A stretch of 63,789 bases of DNA, the filler included, from Choristocarpus tenellus KU-1152 (taxonomy: Eukaryota > Protista > Phaeophyceae): NCBI GenBank assembly GCA_964200185.2. It is 12 parts of 12 records of this genome, joined end to end, with 100 filler letters (N's around TTAATTAATTAA, not from the genome) between each part and the next. Parts side by side here need not be neighbours in the genome. Positions count along the whole stretch, not along the records: positions 9,749 to 15,980 come from CAXNAD020008619.1; positions 16,081 to 20,610 come from CAXNAD020014128.1; positions 20,711 to 31,227 come from CAXNAD020002882.1; 9 more parts are not named here. One strand, written 5' to 3'. Position numbers and translations under genes: made by a program. Below, in pieces: positions 13,207 through 25,204 of the stretch. The stretch's first letter is position 1; every line of letters begins with the position of its first letter. The notes beneath the pieces are model-generated. The model ran no database searches. It saw nothing but the letters and a program-made list of their open reading frames with translations, and had not been told where the DNA came from.

Positions 13207-13465
13207 AAGTGAAAGTATCTTAGATGGTATAAGTTTTTCCCTGTTTGTCCATTTGGGGCTTTGCTTCCCACAGGTTTTTGATGACATTTTACCTACTCCA
13301 AAATGTTTCGGAGTAGGTAAAATGTACATGTTATGAAAAGGTGTGTCCGGAGGAAGGATAATGACATCTCCTAACAAACATGATAATCAAAATTACATCA
13401 AAATTGCAACATTGGATTTTGCCCCCCATATGGACGCGGCTCTACCCTCTAAGATACCTTGGCTC
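13207..13465 (+). mobile_element. Full-length MITE (~260 bp) with TIRs and internal 16-bp-stem hairpin
   Basis: Ends AAGTATCTTAGATGGTA ... TACCCTCTAAGATACCT and subterminal TCCATTTGGGG/CCCCATATGGA are inverted. Internal ACATTTTACCTACTCC-10nt-GGAGTAGGTAAAATGT. At least five other copies in the window. Confidence 0.88.
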
Positions 13466-15414
13466 GAATGCTGCTTTCTTACTGTATTTCTTAGTGTTCA
13501 TTATGGTAGCGTCCCTTTTTGGTGCAACTAAAGGCTTTTTTAATTGCTAGTGCATTGGACCTCAGTTCTGTTCTTCTCCTCTTTTTTTTTCTTCATTCTA
13601 CTTGCCATATTGTCCAAGCAGCGCGTATTGCCCTTCTAAAATTGCATTTCGATCACAAGTCTGAGACCCCTCAGACTAGCGTGACTAGAATAAAAGAATA
13701 AAAAATAGTTTTCAAAATGATACCGACTGAGTGTGGACACTACTCACTCACATACACGCCCCAGGGCTGGAGGAGAAGTAAGTGTGGCAGCAATGGCGAG
13801 GCAAGTGGGCAGCGATTGCAAGCAAAAATATCCCCAAAGGATGGAAGCCTCTACATATTAGACCAGAGTTTCTATGTGGATGTGGTATTCCTTGCTGTTG
13901 CACTGTCTAATCCTAACCCTAGATCACTGCTCTTTAGTGCGAAAGTGGTCTACTGCTAGATGTAACCATAAGGGAGATTCAAGTGAATTGCCACCTACAG
14001 ACCTCATTTTCGAATGAAGGCATTGCTGCTGTAGCAGCTGAGACCTGAAAGTGCAATCAGTATGAGTTATGTCTTGCCTCTCATAGTTTCAACCTTAACA
14101 CCTCCACAGTGGAAAGCTTTTGGCACCTATGAAAACAGGTAGAGCAATTCCTGTATGAGCTGTTGTCTAATGTGGGCTGTAGGGGAGCTCGGGGTTAGGT
14201 GGGAAGAGACCAGTGAAGGAACACCTGCAATAGATTGTGTCAGTCACAGCACAGGTAGTTATCTCTAGGTTTGTCATTCACCCCAGGCAATAGACACTGG
14301 GCTGGTGGGCAAGACAGGGCTCAAACAACCCATCATAGTGTGATGGTATGTAATGTGCCTGCATTGCAGAAACCAAGACTTGGTGTGAATGCCAGATATC
14401 AACTATGATGCGGTGGGTGTGGAGTGTCACAGGTTTTATGTCGACCAAATCAGTATCTAATCTTCAAAATATTTTAGACTTATTCGCTTCTTTTACACAC
14501 CCCTGTTCAATCACTGCATTGATCAGGTCCATGTAGAAGATGGGAAAATATCACAATTGTGCACATTATTCAGCACTCTCCTTCCCACTACAGCAAACTG
14601 CAGCCCATGGTGTCTATTCCTCCCAATCACTGTGCACTGTGTAACACTACACCACAGTACCTATATATATCTGCAATCATAGGTTCTGCCTTATCCTTTG
14701 ACTCAACAACTTCAGCAATTCCTAGGCCTTTCCACATTGCAGTATTGCATATTAGAATTTCTAGTTGGGATACGTGTTGTGGATATCTATATCTACCATA
14801 TAATGCACACAACAGTAGTCCTTCCTGCATTCAACGTAATCACAAAGCACTAATGCACTACTACAGAGTTATTCCTCCCTCCTTCAAGCACAACCTCACA
14901 AGGTCATTGCCAGTAATGGACTGAAAAATGCAATTTCTGCATGCCTGTTCCTTGTGCTCATGTCATAATATACCTCACCTCTATCACCTCCATGAATCTC
15001 TATGCTTCCCTTGCATCATCACGAAATCACAACCAAGCATCTTCAAAGTGAATACACCGATCCATGGCATACAAAGCATACACCTTGCTTCACTTTCCAC
15101 GGTATCTCATCGAGCTCCCCACAACTCCAAAATGGGTGGTATGTACAGCAGCATATTTCATCACACAGCCCTACCTGTCTAAATATCTTAATCACAGTGA
15201 ACTTCCTTCAGGGATTGCTGAAGAGTAACCTGCTTAGTACTATGGCTGGAGGCAGCCCCTAATCATAGATGTACTTCTGTTTCAAGTCTTACACATACTT
15301 TTCAAACCTGCTGGAGCTGATGCTGTGGTTGTTTCCAAGACATGATGATTTCACTCTCCACCATTTCTAAGGATATGCCAACAGATAGGGAGTTGATTGC
15401 AACTGATCATGCTA

Positions 15415-15612
15415 TCATCCATCAATACACTGTGGGTCACCGTGACCCGCTTTCATACAAACTACAGAGGTCCGAAAAAGCGACTGGATCATAGACCCAA
15501 CAAGAAGTTCCCCCCTTAAGGTTGTGGGGACTTCTTTGGCATCCACCTCCGAGAACCCTAGCCTAGCGTAAAAATCCACCGTATCAGCCAAAGTTAGCAA
15601 GTATAGTCCTCC
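15415..15612 (-). CDS. GNAT-family N-acetyltransferase, terminal exon
   Basis: After acceptor CTCTCCAG: GGLYLLTLADTVDFYARLGFSEVDAKEVPTTLRGE...*. This is the GNAT motif B pattern (YLLT...FYxRLGF). Upstream exons not identified. Confidence 0.75.
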   Translation of the reverse strand, partial: GGLYLLTLADTVDFYARLGFSEVDAKEVPTTLRGELLVGSMIQSLFRTSVVCMKAGHGDPQCIDG

Positions 15613-16361
15613 CTGGAGAGGTGACATGAACAAGGCGAGGAACGTAAGGCATGTACAGAGTCCAGAGTCACAAGCCAAGAACGCAAGGAGAAGGCGATGG
15701 GCATGCATAGCGTATCTATCGGCGTCCAAAACGAGTGAAAGTGAGGAATCACCACAGGCATTCCCTAGCAAGCGGGTATGTAGGGGGATGGAGGACAACG
15801 GCAAGCCTCACTATCCTTGGCTTTATTCACGATTTCTATGGTTGGCCTATGTCCTATGCATATCAAGTATATATTAGATCCAAAATAAGGGGGGAGGGTA
15901 TGAGGATACTCAGCTATGGAAGGGGGGGGGGCATACCTGATCACCCAAGCTTTGTGCCTTTTCGTCGAAGGCAGTCAGCANNNNNNNNNNNNNNNNNNNN
16001 NNNNNNNNNNNNNNNNNNNNNNNNTTAATTAATTAANNNNNNNNNNNNNNNNNNNNNNNNNNNNNNNNNNNNNNNNNNNNCAATACCTTTGTGTGTGCAC
16101 GCGGATGTATATTTGGACTAAGATCAGCTGCCGAAGGGACCTGTCCGTCACATTCACATCAGTTCCAACTTCAATGTTCTGGAAAAGTAGTGTTGAGTGA
16201 CTGAAACCCTGAAACCTCAAATAGGCAAATTTGTTGTTTTGATTTCTCTATCCCTACTTGTGTGAAGCGTTCCACAATCGCAATCCCACTACCGGAGTAG
16301 ACTCCTAGTACAAGCTTAAGTTTTTCGTGTTGGAGATTGAAGAACACTTCACAATTTCGCA

Positions 16362-17531
16362 ATGGATCTGGGCCCTTTCTTTGGAGGTAGAGAGCCCTTT
16401 TCGAATTTTTGGGGGGATGAAGGAAGGGTTGGTGGCCATCATCCACGCTCATCAATCTTCGACCAGATGGAGCGAATGATGACTGACTTTCCGACCATCG
16501 CTGACTCTATGCCGTCTGGAGGCTTTGAAGAAGATCCCAGAACCACTCGATCTTCCAGGCCTGGGTACTACAGCACGTCATACAGCTCGTTCTCATCGGT
16601 GTCTGGACCAGGGGGGAGAGTATACTCCAAGAGCATTTCAGAGAGTCATGGTCCAGGCGGTATATCGGAGAGGCACATCACTGAGCGAGACTCAGCTGCT
16701 GAACTCGAGCGAATGGCCGTATCGCGCATGGTGAGCTGACTTGGGAATGGTGTCACGTACTTGCATTCTAACTGTTCGAGGGTGCTGTGGGTAGGGGGAT
16801 TTGGCTTTAAATTAGAAAAATTGTCCTTCTAGATACGAAGCACCTGTTATTGTGCGTTGAACACTAAAGGCATGTGCGCACTAATTTATGGTTGGAAGGA
16901 ATGCACCGCCGACAGTAGGAAATAGATGATGTACTGAAATCCGTGTCTCCCCATGTACCATTCGTTAGCTCGCTAAACCTCTTCTATCATGGGGCACGCT
17001 GCTTTAAATATACTCGGTACGTTGAAGAAGTGCTCCAGAATGGGTTGAGAATCTGAACTTGAGCAATGGGTAGCGTCAATGATTTTTGACAGGATTTCAG
17101 GAAGTTCTGATCACGTTGACTTCCCCTTCAACTATTTTCCCACTGATATTCAATATATTTGATATTTCTTGCTAAAGCTGGGCGAGCGCACTCGAACCAT
17201 CAAAAAAGAGAAGAAAGGTGGGGAGGAGACAACAATGGACACCCTTCACAACATCGATGCAGACGATGCTGAACGCTTCGATGAGGAATGGACAGGCGCT
17301 GCGCGTCACGCGTTGTCTTCTTACCCTGGTCGTGACATAGGGTTTAGGGGAGGCATGGGTGGATTGGGGTCGTTGGATGCTGGATACAGCCACTGGACCA
17401 ATGGCGATCGTCGAGAACGGCCAGCGATTGCTCCATCTAGGAGGGAGATTTTCGAGGTCCCAGAGAACGAGGGGGGCGTTCAAGCAGATGGTCAGGCAAG
17501 CTTGGTGGAAGTTAGTCTACGTAGCAAATAG
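16362..17531 (+). CDS. Myeloid leukemia factor (MLF) family protein; exons 16362-16730 and 17178-17531 (or donor at 17511 with a further exon)
   Basis: 'YYSTSYSSFSSVSGPGGRVYSKS..HGPGGISERHITERDSAAELERMAVSRM|LGERTRTIKKEK...TLHNIDADDAERFDEEW' follows the MLF core pattern. Phase-0 intron GTGAGC...CTAAAG. Confidence 0.85.
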
Positions 17532-20500
17532 AAAGCAGTGTCTACTGTGCAATCCTAATAGCTCGTGACATGTTTATCTTTATTTCTAATTCCTGATAAA
17601 ATATGAATGTGTATGAACTTTCCCCCTATATTGTCTGTTCACGAGTCTGTTGATTTGCACCTTAGAGTACACAATAGCGCAATAGTATTGTGGTAAGGTG
17701 AGCCCATTGTTATGGGAAGGGGGTGGGGGCTTGGCCAACGAGCATGGGATACCTCTTCAAGTTCCAGTTATTATTAGGTTATGTTTGGGCTCAATTGTTG
17801 CACATGTTGTCTTTTACAGAGTACTTTGAAGTATGTTCTGTAGTCAAGATCCCAATCAAAGCAGTCCCATAGGATTTTCCTTAGATTCCAAAGTACATGC
17901 CTTGTTAGCATTAAAACCCTTCAAGGATGATAGGGGGAAAATCTGATCAGCAGGACTTTCTTGAGGTAGCACCCGAATGTGACTGTGGGAAGTTTCTTGA
18001 AGTTTGTACTTATGCTCCTAACTTTTCTTATTTCTTGGATTGGTGGGGATCTTTATCGACAGGACGATCAACTATCCAGTTGGCTTGGTGAGAGGAGATC
18101 TAGACGGAGGAATGCAGCACCGGGGCTTGGGTAGCATGACGATCAAAAGGAGTTTCACCCTTCACTGGACGAGGTTTTTTGGGAAGATTTTCTTGGCATG
18201 GTTGAATTCATGGAGTCTGTACCTCTACATTTTGGGGATACTGTGTGCAGATTTTGTTATGGCAGTTTTGTGGTGGTGGATGTTGCAAAGGGGGGCTAAG
18301 ATAAGAAATTTCCAGCGTAACATTTGTTGTTTCCAAAGTTCTGGTTGGTTCTGTGTATTTGAAGTATCAACACTGGATGGATTAGGTGGTCGCACGGTGA
18401 AAGTTTTCTCCAATTGCCTGAAACCTGCCTTTTGTTGGAGGTTGCACGGTTACAATCAACTCAGGATTTTTTTGTTTTGGTATGAAGCATGTTGTGTTCC
18501 TTCATAGCATGTTTTGATGCTGTACTTTTCAGGGACCAAAAACAGAAGCTTTTGCCTGCAGTGTGCCTACACATGAAACCAATGCGCAAGGCCATGCTAG
18601 TTGGGATTATAAGATGATGGGCAGTGAAATGTAGAAGCATGGTTCAGCAACTTTTGCTTTTGTTTTTGCGTGGTCTATGGAAGCTCTATATAGTAGTGCA
18701 GTCAATCTGAAATATTCGTTCTGATAATTTCACCAAGTTCTGTGAAGAGTTGTATGTATATATAATGGCAGATGCCATGCCTCTCCCAGACCTGTTCTCC
18801 CTTGAAAAAGTGGTTTTGACTATCAGCAGAACAGGCAACAGTGTGGGTATGGGGGGAGAGGGGAGAGATTGAACTTCCGTGTTACCTTGTGTTGGTTATC
18901 AAGCCTTTTCCCTCTGGCCAAAAGGTCTGTTCACGTCCGTACCCTGCACTGAAGAACATGGAGAATGTACACTGGCATGGTCTATGCACTAAGGAGGGTT
19001 TCAAAGACTAAACAATGTTGCTCAAACTATTACAGGCAGAAATGAGTCTGTTGAGTGTGTTTTCGTGATGGATTGAACTTCAATGTTTCAAGGTCATGCC
19101 TAGTGCTGTGGTAGATGCTCTATGGTGGGTCACCTTGGGATCTCTTTGTTGTTGTGTGAGCTGTGTTGGATACTACCCTAAGGTCCAAATTAATCCAACT
19201 ATAGGTGCTGTTGCATGAGTGCGCAGCTCAGGCTGAATCGAGAGGTATATGCAGTACACGTTTGAGCTCTTACAGCACTTAGAAGGAACGCTCAATATAC
19301 ACCTTGAAATTGGTTTACAGTAAGGACATCTTCTACCCTGTTTTTAATTCTCCACTGGGATGCTCACGCTCTTCAACCTCCCTGCTTGCCACCTTCTGCT
19401 TCCCATTCACCTGAATGAGACCCCGTTGTTGTTTCAGATCTCTATTGGAGGTGTACCTTATGAGCTCTACCTGACTTGTGCTTTGTTCTTGAGTATGATA
19501 GTAGCCATCTCTTAGTGGATATGTGTATTATGTTGTTGCTAACCTGCAAGCGCATGTTGTGGTTGAGCTCAACATGGTTTCCCATTGTGCCTGGTTCTTA
19601 TTTCTAGTATTATCACTTTACAAGAACCTTGAGCGTTTGACACATGATTGCTATACCCCTGCTGTTTCTATGAGTTTGGATCCAGTGTTAGATTCAAGGA
19701 TAACTCTACCGTTCCTATTGCACCACAAAATAATGAGCTTACAGTTTCAACAGTAGTACTTTGTTATCTCAGAGAAGCAACTTAATTTTTGGGAATTTTC
19801 ATGTATTACTAGTCTTCCTCAATCATACGTACCTCTGCTATTATGGATGAACATAGACTGTGGAAACTCAAGTGCTGTACGTGATGTGACCGGTGTGTTG
19901 TGAGATTCGACCCATGCTAGTAAGACCATGGCTCATTATTTCCACTATCACTTTCCCAGCATCAAGTTAAATTGATTTGTGAATACATTGCTATATCTCG
20001 TTTCTTGCCAAGAGCACTATTACATGCTAGTTGTATTAATGACAACGAAAAATATCCAATTTTTAGGAGCAAAGTGACGTGTCATCTCTCAGATAATTTA
20101 AGTCTCAGTTTGTCTCTGTGTTCACCAACTGCATCTGTATGGCTCTCTCTGTTAGGGGGCCTAGGTTGAACTGTTCTTATCTCATAGGCTCCCTTGTGCT
20201 TCTTGTATGGTCAGCAACACATGTAGGTATCAGACTTGATGTAAGCAAATATAGGATGCACACTTTTGAACCCTAGTTTTCTTGCTTTGAACCTGGACTT
20301 AATGACCGAATATGATGGGCAACAAGATGAATCAAATGTCCTGCACTTAGTTTCTGTGGACACACCACTCGTCTCAGTGTTTTACACACGTTGTGAGGTG
20401 ATTTATCTGCTAATCTGAGCATCACCCAAGAGCTGGGCTAATTTGTCATCAGTGTATACACTCAGTTCATCCCCCATTGAAAGTGGGATGTAACTTGTTA

Positions 20501-20711
20501 ACAGTTGGGCAACACGACCAACAATATTATTACATGGTAGTACTACGAGGTTTCTGGTACTAGTATTACGTAGCTATCCTGAGACCCAAAGTATCTCGGG
20601 GGGGAGGGGGNNNNNNNNNNNNNNNNNNNNNNNNNNNNNNNNNNNNNNNNNNNNTTAATTAATTAANNNNNNNNNNNNNNNNNNNNNNNNNNNNNNNNNN
20701 NNNNNNNNNNC

Positions 20712-20770
20712 CGGTGATTCTCTTCGCCACCCTTGCCTGAGTGAATCACGCCGCCACAGAATCACACGAT
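20712..20770 (+). repeat. ~59-bp dispersed repeat at contig start (copy of 5684-5742)
   Basis: Direct sequence match. Confidence 0.9.
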
Positions 20771-21837
20771 TCAAAGATACAACGTTGATAATTTAGTTCT
20801 CCTTGTTTTTTCTACGATTTACGAGTGGTCTTAAACTTTTGGCGTGCACTGTAACTATAATTCTTCCGCCCATAAAACTTCCCTCCAGGTTTCAAAATAC
20901 GTTTTGCGATGACCACCGTCCGTCCATACCCAATTCTGTCGATTGTGTTGCGTTTTGTTCAAACATCTTGACACAAGACATACACTACTTCAAATAAACG
21001 GGAGAGAGGTGTTGGGAAGTGATCCGTACTTCTCCACAATTGTGGTGAGAGTAAAGGGGCGAGTGATAGAGCATACATCTGACGGACTGTTAATATCCTT
21101 CCAAATAGAATCAATTCTTCGCGTTTGTTCTTGGCAAGAAACAGGTTGCTAGAAGTCACCTTCGTCTAAGATCAACTCCAAATGATGGGACAAGGAGCCC
21201 AAGTACAACCTTCTGCCACCTCCTATGCCGATACCCTTGTTTGCAGTGGATCCTGTTGGCAGTGCTGCCCATGTGGCACTTCAAGCATGGGTCCTTACGT
21301 GTAGCCTCCTCTTAGAGGCAATTGTAACTTGGATCTGGTTCGATGGTTTGCACTTGTGCGTACATTGTAGTTGGCACACCTTGTCTGATACTCCGGTCAC
21401 ATTTGATGCTTCGGGTGCAAATCGTATATGTATCCTCCTGGTAGGGAATGATTTATCTTGACCCTTTCATTACACATATTGGGGTTGCTGGTATCTCAAT
21501 TTTTGTTAACATTCCGTTATGGCTTACTTTTCAACCCCTTACACCCCACACTGTCCATTTTTGATCATGCACCTTTAACCCTTCCAAATTCATTGCTGAA
21601 TGGAAAATCTTCCGTGTTAACAACATGAACTTCTCTTGTCGCAGATAACTTCCTAAGTTTTGTTTGACCCCCAACACCGAACATTGAGAAACTTGTTTCT
21701 TGTACCTACCACCCATCATTTCGCTTGGTTGCCGTAGGATAAGACATGCCCTAGATTCCCCCTGCCACACAGTTCTTTGGGAGGAACTGCAGATTCCTAC
21801 CTGTTCCCGCCCCACCTGCCACTTGCCTGAACAGGTG

Positions 21838-23667
21838 ATGGACACGTTCACGCTTAAGGAACTACAGTCCGCGTTTAAAGAGTCATCCGTATGCATAGGA
21901 ATCTTCGACAGGGTCACAGGCACGATTACAGATCCCAATGATACGCTCCGCAGACGCCTGGGAAGAGATGAGGCGAGGATATCTATCCTGGCCTCCAGGG
22001 CGGAACGCATCTACGGTTGCATGACCCAAGGAAACCTGCCGATTAGTTTGTGTGTGCTGTGTTCAATTGACCAAGTCAGCTTGGTGGAGGTCCACATTGC
22101 CCACGACAAGGAAGATTCTCTGCACTCCGACCTTATCCAGCTTGTCGACTTGACGTCAGATGGCATTTGGGAGTGGTTTCCCTCGTTGGGTTACGAGTTC
22201 ATGAGCAAGAGATTCTGGGATATCCTTGGCTACGACTATATGGAGATGGAGAACTCTCCAGATGCATGGAGGGACAAAATTGACCCTGCAGACCGGGAAT
22301 CCACACTAAAAATGTACTTGGAACACGTGAAGAGCAAGGGTCTTGTGCCCTATCATGCTGATGTCACCTATCGTCACAAGGATGGTCACAAAGTCAGGGT
22401 CAAGTGCCGAGGTACAGTCATAGAGTGGCTTCCTGACGGATCACCCTGGAGACTCCTTGGAACTCACACTGATGTGACCCAGATCGCGAACAAGGAAGCA
22501 GTTGAGGCCAAGGCCCGATTCATCTCCCGCATGTCGCATGAGATCCGCACCCCCATCTGTGCTATTCTCAATGAGTGTGAGTTGCTTGGTAATCTAGGCG
22601 GAGTGTCAGTTATTGCAGATTCTTGCGCCCAGCTCCTCACTATCTGCAATGACATACTCACACTGGAGAAGATGCAAAGAGCAGGGCAGATGGAAGTGGT
22701 GATGCAAGAGGCGTCACTTGAGGAATTCTTCATGAAGATTGCAAAGCGTCATCGGGGTGTGGCAAGGAAGAAAGGCATTTCTCTCTCAAGCACCATTTCT
22801 TCTACCATCCCTAACACAGTTGTGATGGATGTAAGCAAGTGCAACCAAGTGATGGATAACCTTGTGTCAAACTCTATCAAATACACTGCGGTTGGAGGGT
22901 GCATCAAGTTGGAAATGGAGTGCCAGGAATTTGGGCCAGGATGGGGAGTTAAGGTTTGTGTGGAGGATGACGGGGTGGGCATTGCACCTGAAGACCACGC
23001 TCACATCTTTGATGAATTCAAGCAGGGCAATAGTTCAATGCAGGGGGCAGGGTTGGGTCTATCAATATCCAAGGAGCTGGCTCGCTTAATGTCAGGGGAT
23101 GTTGTTCTTGTGAAATCTGTCCTTGGGCAAGGATCGGTTTTTGCGTTCTCATTTCCAGTGAGAAGTGGAGATACTATGCTGACATCGCCTCCTGACAAAG
23201 AACCGACCCACCTTCGAATCCTGATTGTGGATGACATGTCCACAAACCGAACAATATTGCGAAGGAGAGTTGAAACAATTGAGGGTCATACTGAATTCCT
23301 TGTGAGCAAGGTTGTTGATGCAGTTGACGGTTCAGACGCGATCCGGGCTTTTCAAGAGAATGATGGGCAGTTTGATCTTGTCTTCATGGATTGCCTCATG
23401 CCAATTTTGGATGGGTTTGAAGCTACCCGCCGTCTGCACCAAATTTGTAGGGAAATGGGTAGAGATCCTGTACCCATTGTGGCAGTCACTGCGAGCGTGA
23501 GCAAGAGCACTCACACCAATTGTCAAGAAGCTGGGATGTGCAACGTGATAACCAAGCCCTTCTCTGCAAGGGACCTCTTGACCTCGCTTATGAGTGTCCT
23601 ACCAAAGACTAAACTGTGCAAACCACTCTCCTTAAGCTCCGAGATGGAATTTGGGACCGTCACATAG
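21838..23667 (+). CDS. Hybrid sensor histidine kinase (PAS/PAC-HisKA-HATPase_c-REC), 609 aa in a single exon
   Basis: PAS 'DGIWEW..SKRFWDILGY..WRDKIDPADRE..YRHKDG..LLGTHTDVT'; H box MSHEIRTP; N box NLVSNSIKYT; G1 EDDGVGI; F IFDEF; G2 GAGLGLSIS; receiver ILIVDD, FMDCLMPILDG, VTA, TKP. ATG at 21838 lies just after a CAG acceptor (21834), so a small upstream exon is possible. Confidence 0.95.
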   Translation: MDTFTLKELQSAFKESSVCIGIFDRVTGTITDPNDTLRRRLGRDEARISILASRAERIYGCMTQGNLPISLCVLCSIDQVSLVEVHIAHDKEDSLHSDLIQLVDLTSDGIWEWFPSLGYEFMSKRFWDILGYDYMEMENSPDAWRDKIDPADRESTLKMYLEHVKSKGLVPYHADVTYRHKDGHKVRVKCRGTVIEWLPDGSPWRLLGTHTDVTQIANKEAVEAKARFISRMSHEIRTPICAILNECELLGNLGGVSVIADSCAQLLTICNDILTLEKMQRAGQMEVVMQEASLEEFFMKIAKRHRGVARKKGISLSSTISSTIPNTVVMDVSKCNQVMDNLVSNSIKYTAVGGCIKLEMECQEFGPGWGVKVCVEDDGVGIAPEDHAHIFDEFKQGNSSMQGAGLGLSISKELARLMSGDVVLVKSVLGQGSVFAFSFPVRSGDTMLTSPPDKEPTHLRILIVDDMSTNRTILRRRVETIEGHTEFLVSKVVDAVDGSDAIRAFQENDGQFDLVFMDCLMPILDGFEATRRLHQICREMGRDPVPIVAVTASVSKSTHTNCQEAGMCNVITKPFSARDLLTSLMSVLPKTKLCKPLSLSSEMEFGTVT

Positions 23668-24896
23668 GGGACTCCTTTGTGTAATATGTACCTTGGTGAA
23701 AATGATGTGTTGCTTTTATTCACATGTTTTGTCTATAGTCGCGACTATATAGGAGAGGGGGAAGGGGAACATTTGATACTCATTTGATTGTGGAGTATCA
23801 AGTGGAAACCAGACAAAGGTGGGGGTTTTGTCACTTGTTGTGTTCTACGTTTGTGACTTGGCTGACCTGCCCAACTGTGAGCTAGCAATGATATATTTCC
23901 TTACATGAGAGGAAGACTAGATGCTTACCATTCTAAATCTATTCAATTAACTTGTTTTGAAACATGTGACATGAGCCATTTTCCTTGGAACAATGGTTTG
24001 AATTCTCTCCCTGCCCCAAACTGTTATCCAGACTTTCTTATCTTTCTCCTTACCAAGGCACCGACAAAGTGTTGGGGGGCATCAAGTTGATCATGCAGCC
24101 TGAATGCCCACACTGGTTGACATTCAATTTTCAGCGGATTGCATGTGAGATCATTTTGCACATTGTTTTTTTCAACTGAATGATACAATATTTGAACACC
24201 AACATAGAGAAATACTCCCTCATGCAATTACCCCTGTGCCTGGATTGAGGTATTATTCCCTATGACCAGTGGTACGAGTGCGCCATTGTTGTGTACATCA
24301 AGCCTTCCCAACCCTGCAAACATGGAGTTTTTACCTTGTCTCCTGCTTTTGAAGTTCCGAGAACAGTCCTGACGAGAGCATGGGTCTTCTGCAATATAGG
24401 CTGGTAGTCTAGATGGTTTATAGTTGTTTGGTGACCACTACTAGACAACATGAATGTTGACTAAGTGGTACAAGCGTCATTGACTAGTTATTGTGTGCTT
24501 AGAGTAATAAGTTCGAATCTCAGAATTTTATTTTTTTTATTACTTAATATAAATGGACTGATGGAGGGTTACCTACGTAGTACTAGTTACACAGGAGAAT
24601 TGAAATAGTACGACCATCCGCAGGACACATTTTGATGTGTCAGCTGACGTGTGCAATAAGATAATAATATAGTAGGAGAGAGCACCCCCCAACTCAAGAG
24701 ATAGTACTCACTCCGCTAATAAATACATCCATACAACACAATGCAAAGACTCTGTTGGAATAGCTTCTCTTTTGCATAGTTTCGACTCGGGTGCTCTATC
24801 CAAGGATGGAAACACTGTCATTTTGAGTGGCGAAACTTTGTGCCTATACCTTTGCTTGTCAATACCAAATTTGCGAACTTCTAGTACACAGTTTTT

Positions 24897-25111
24897 GTTT
24901 GGGGGGGGGGGGGAGCACAGAACGTTCATAGACTCACCATCCTCCAGGAACTGTATTAGCTTATTGTAAGAAACGTGTGTGGTGCAGAGGATCAGCATGG
25001 TACTTCCTGGACAGGCTGCTAAATGTGACACTTAGGTTCTTATATTTGGGGTCATGTAGCTTTTTTTCCTTCCCCCTCCCCCTCACATTTTTTTTAATTA
25101 TTATTGTGGTT
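24897..25111 (+). repeat. ~215-bp dispersed repeat (inverted copy at 31016-31224)
   Basis: polyG-GAGCACAGAACGTTCAT...CACTTAGGTTCTTATATTTGGGGTCATGTAGC...ATTATTATTGTGGTT; reverse complement present at 31016-31224. Confidence 0.92.
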
Positions 25112-25204
25112 TGGCTCTTGATCGGTGATGGATTTCATCGGTTGCATCGTTTTTTCCCCTGACGCATCTGGACAATGTCAGAGGGCATAATAATGTATCA
25201 TTCC

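Noticed and set aside
14300-15260. LINE 3' remnant on the minus strand
   Set aside because: Only vague Cys/His hints; no motif I can support.
17600-20600. Degenerate retroelement sequence
   Set aside because: It looks like decayed coding DNA, but no diagnostic motif could be read.
21700-21837. N-terminal extension of the histidine kinase ORF from TTG
   Set aside because: Non-ATG start in a eukaryote; the sequence ends in a splice acceptor and is probably intronic.
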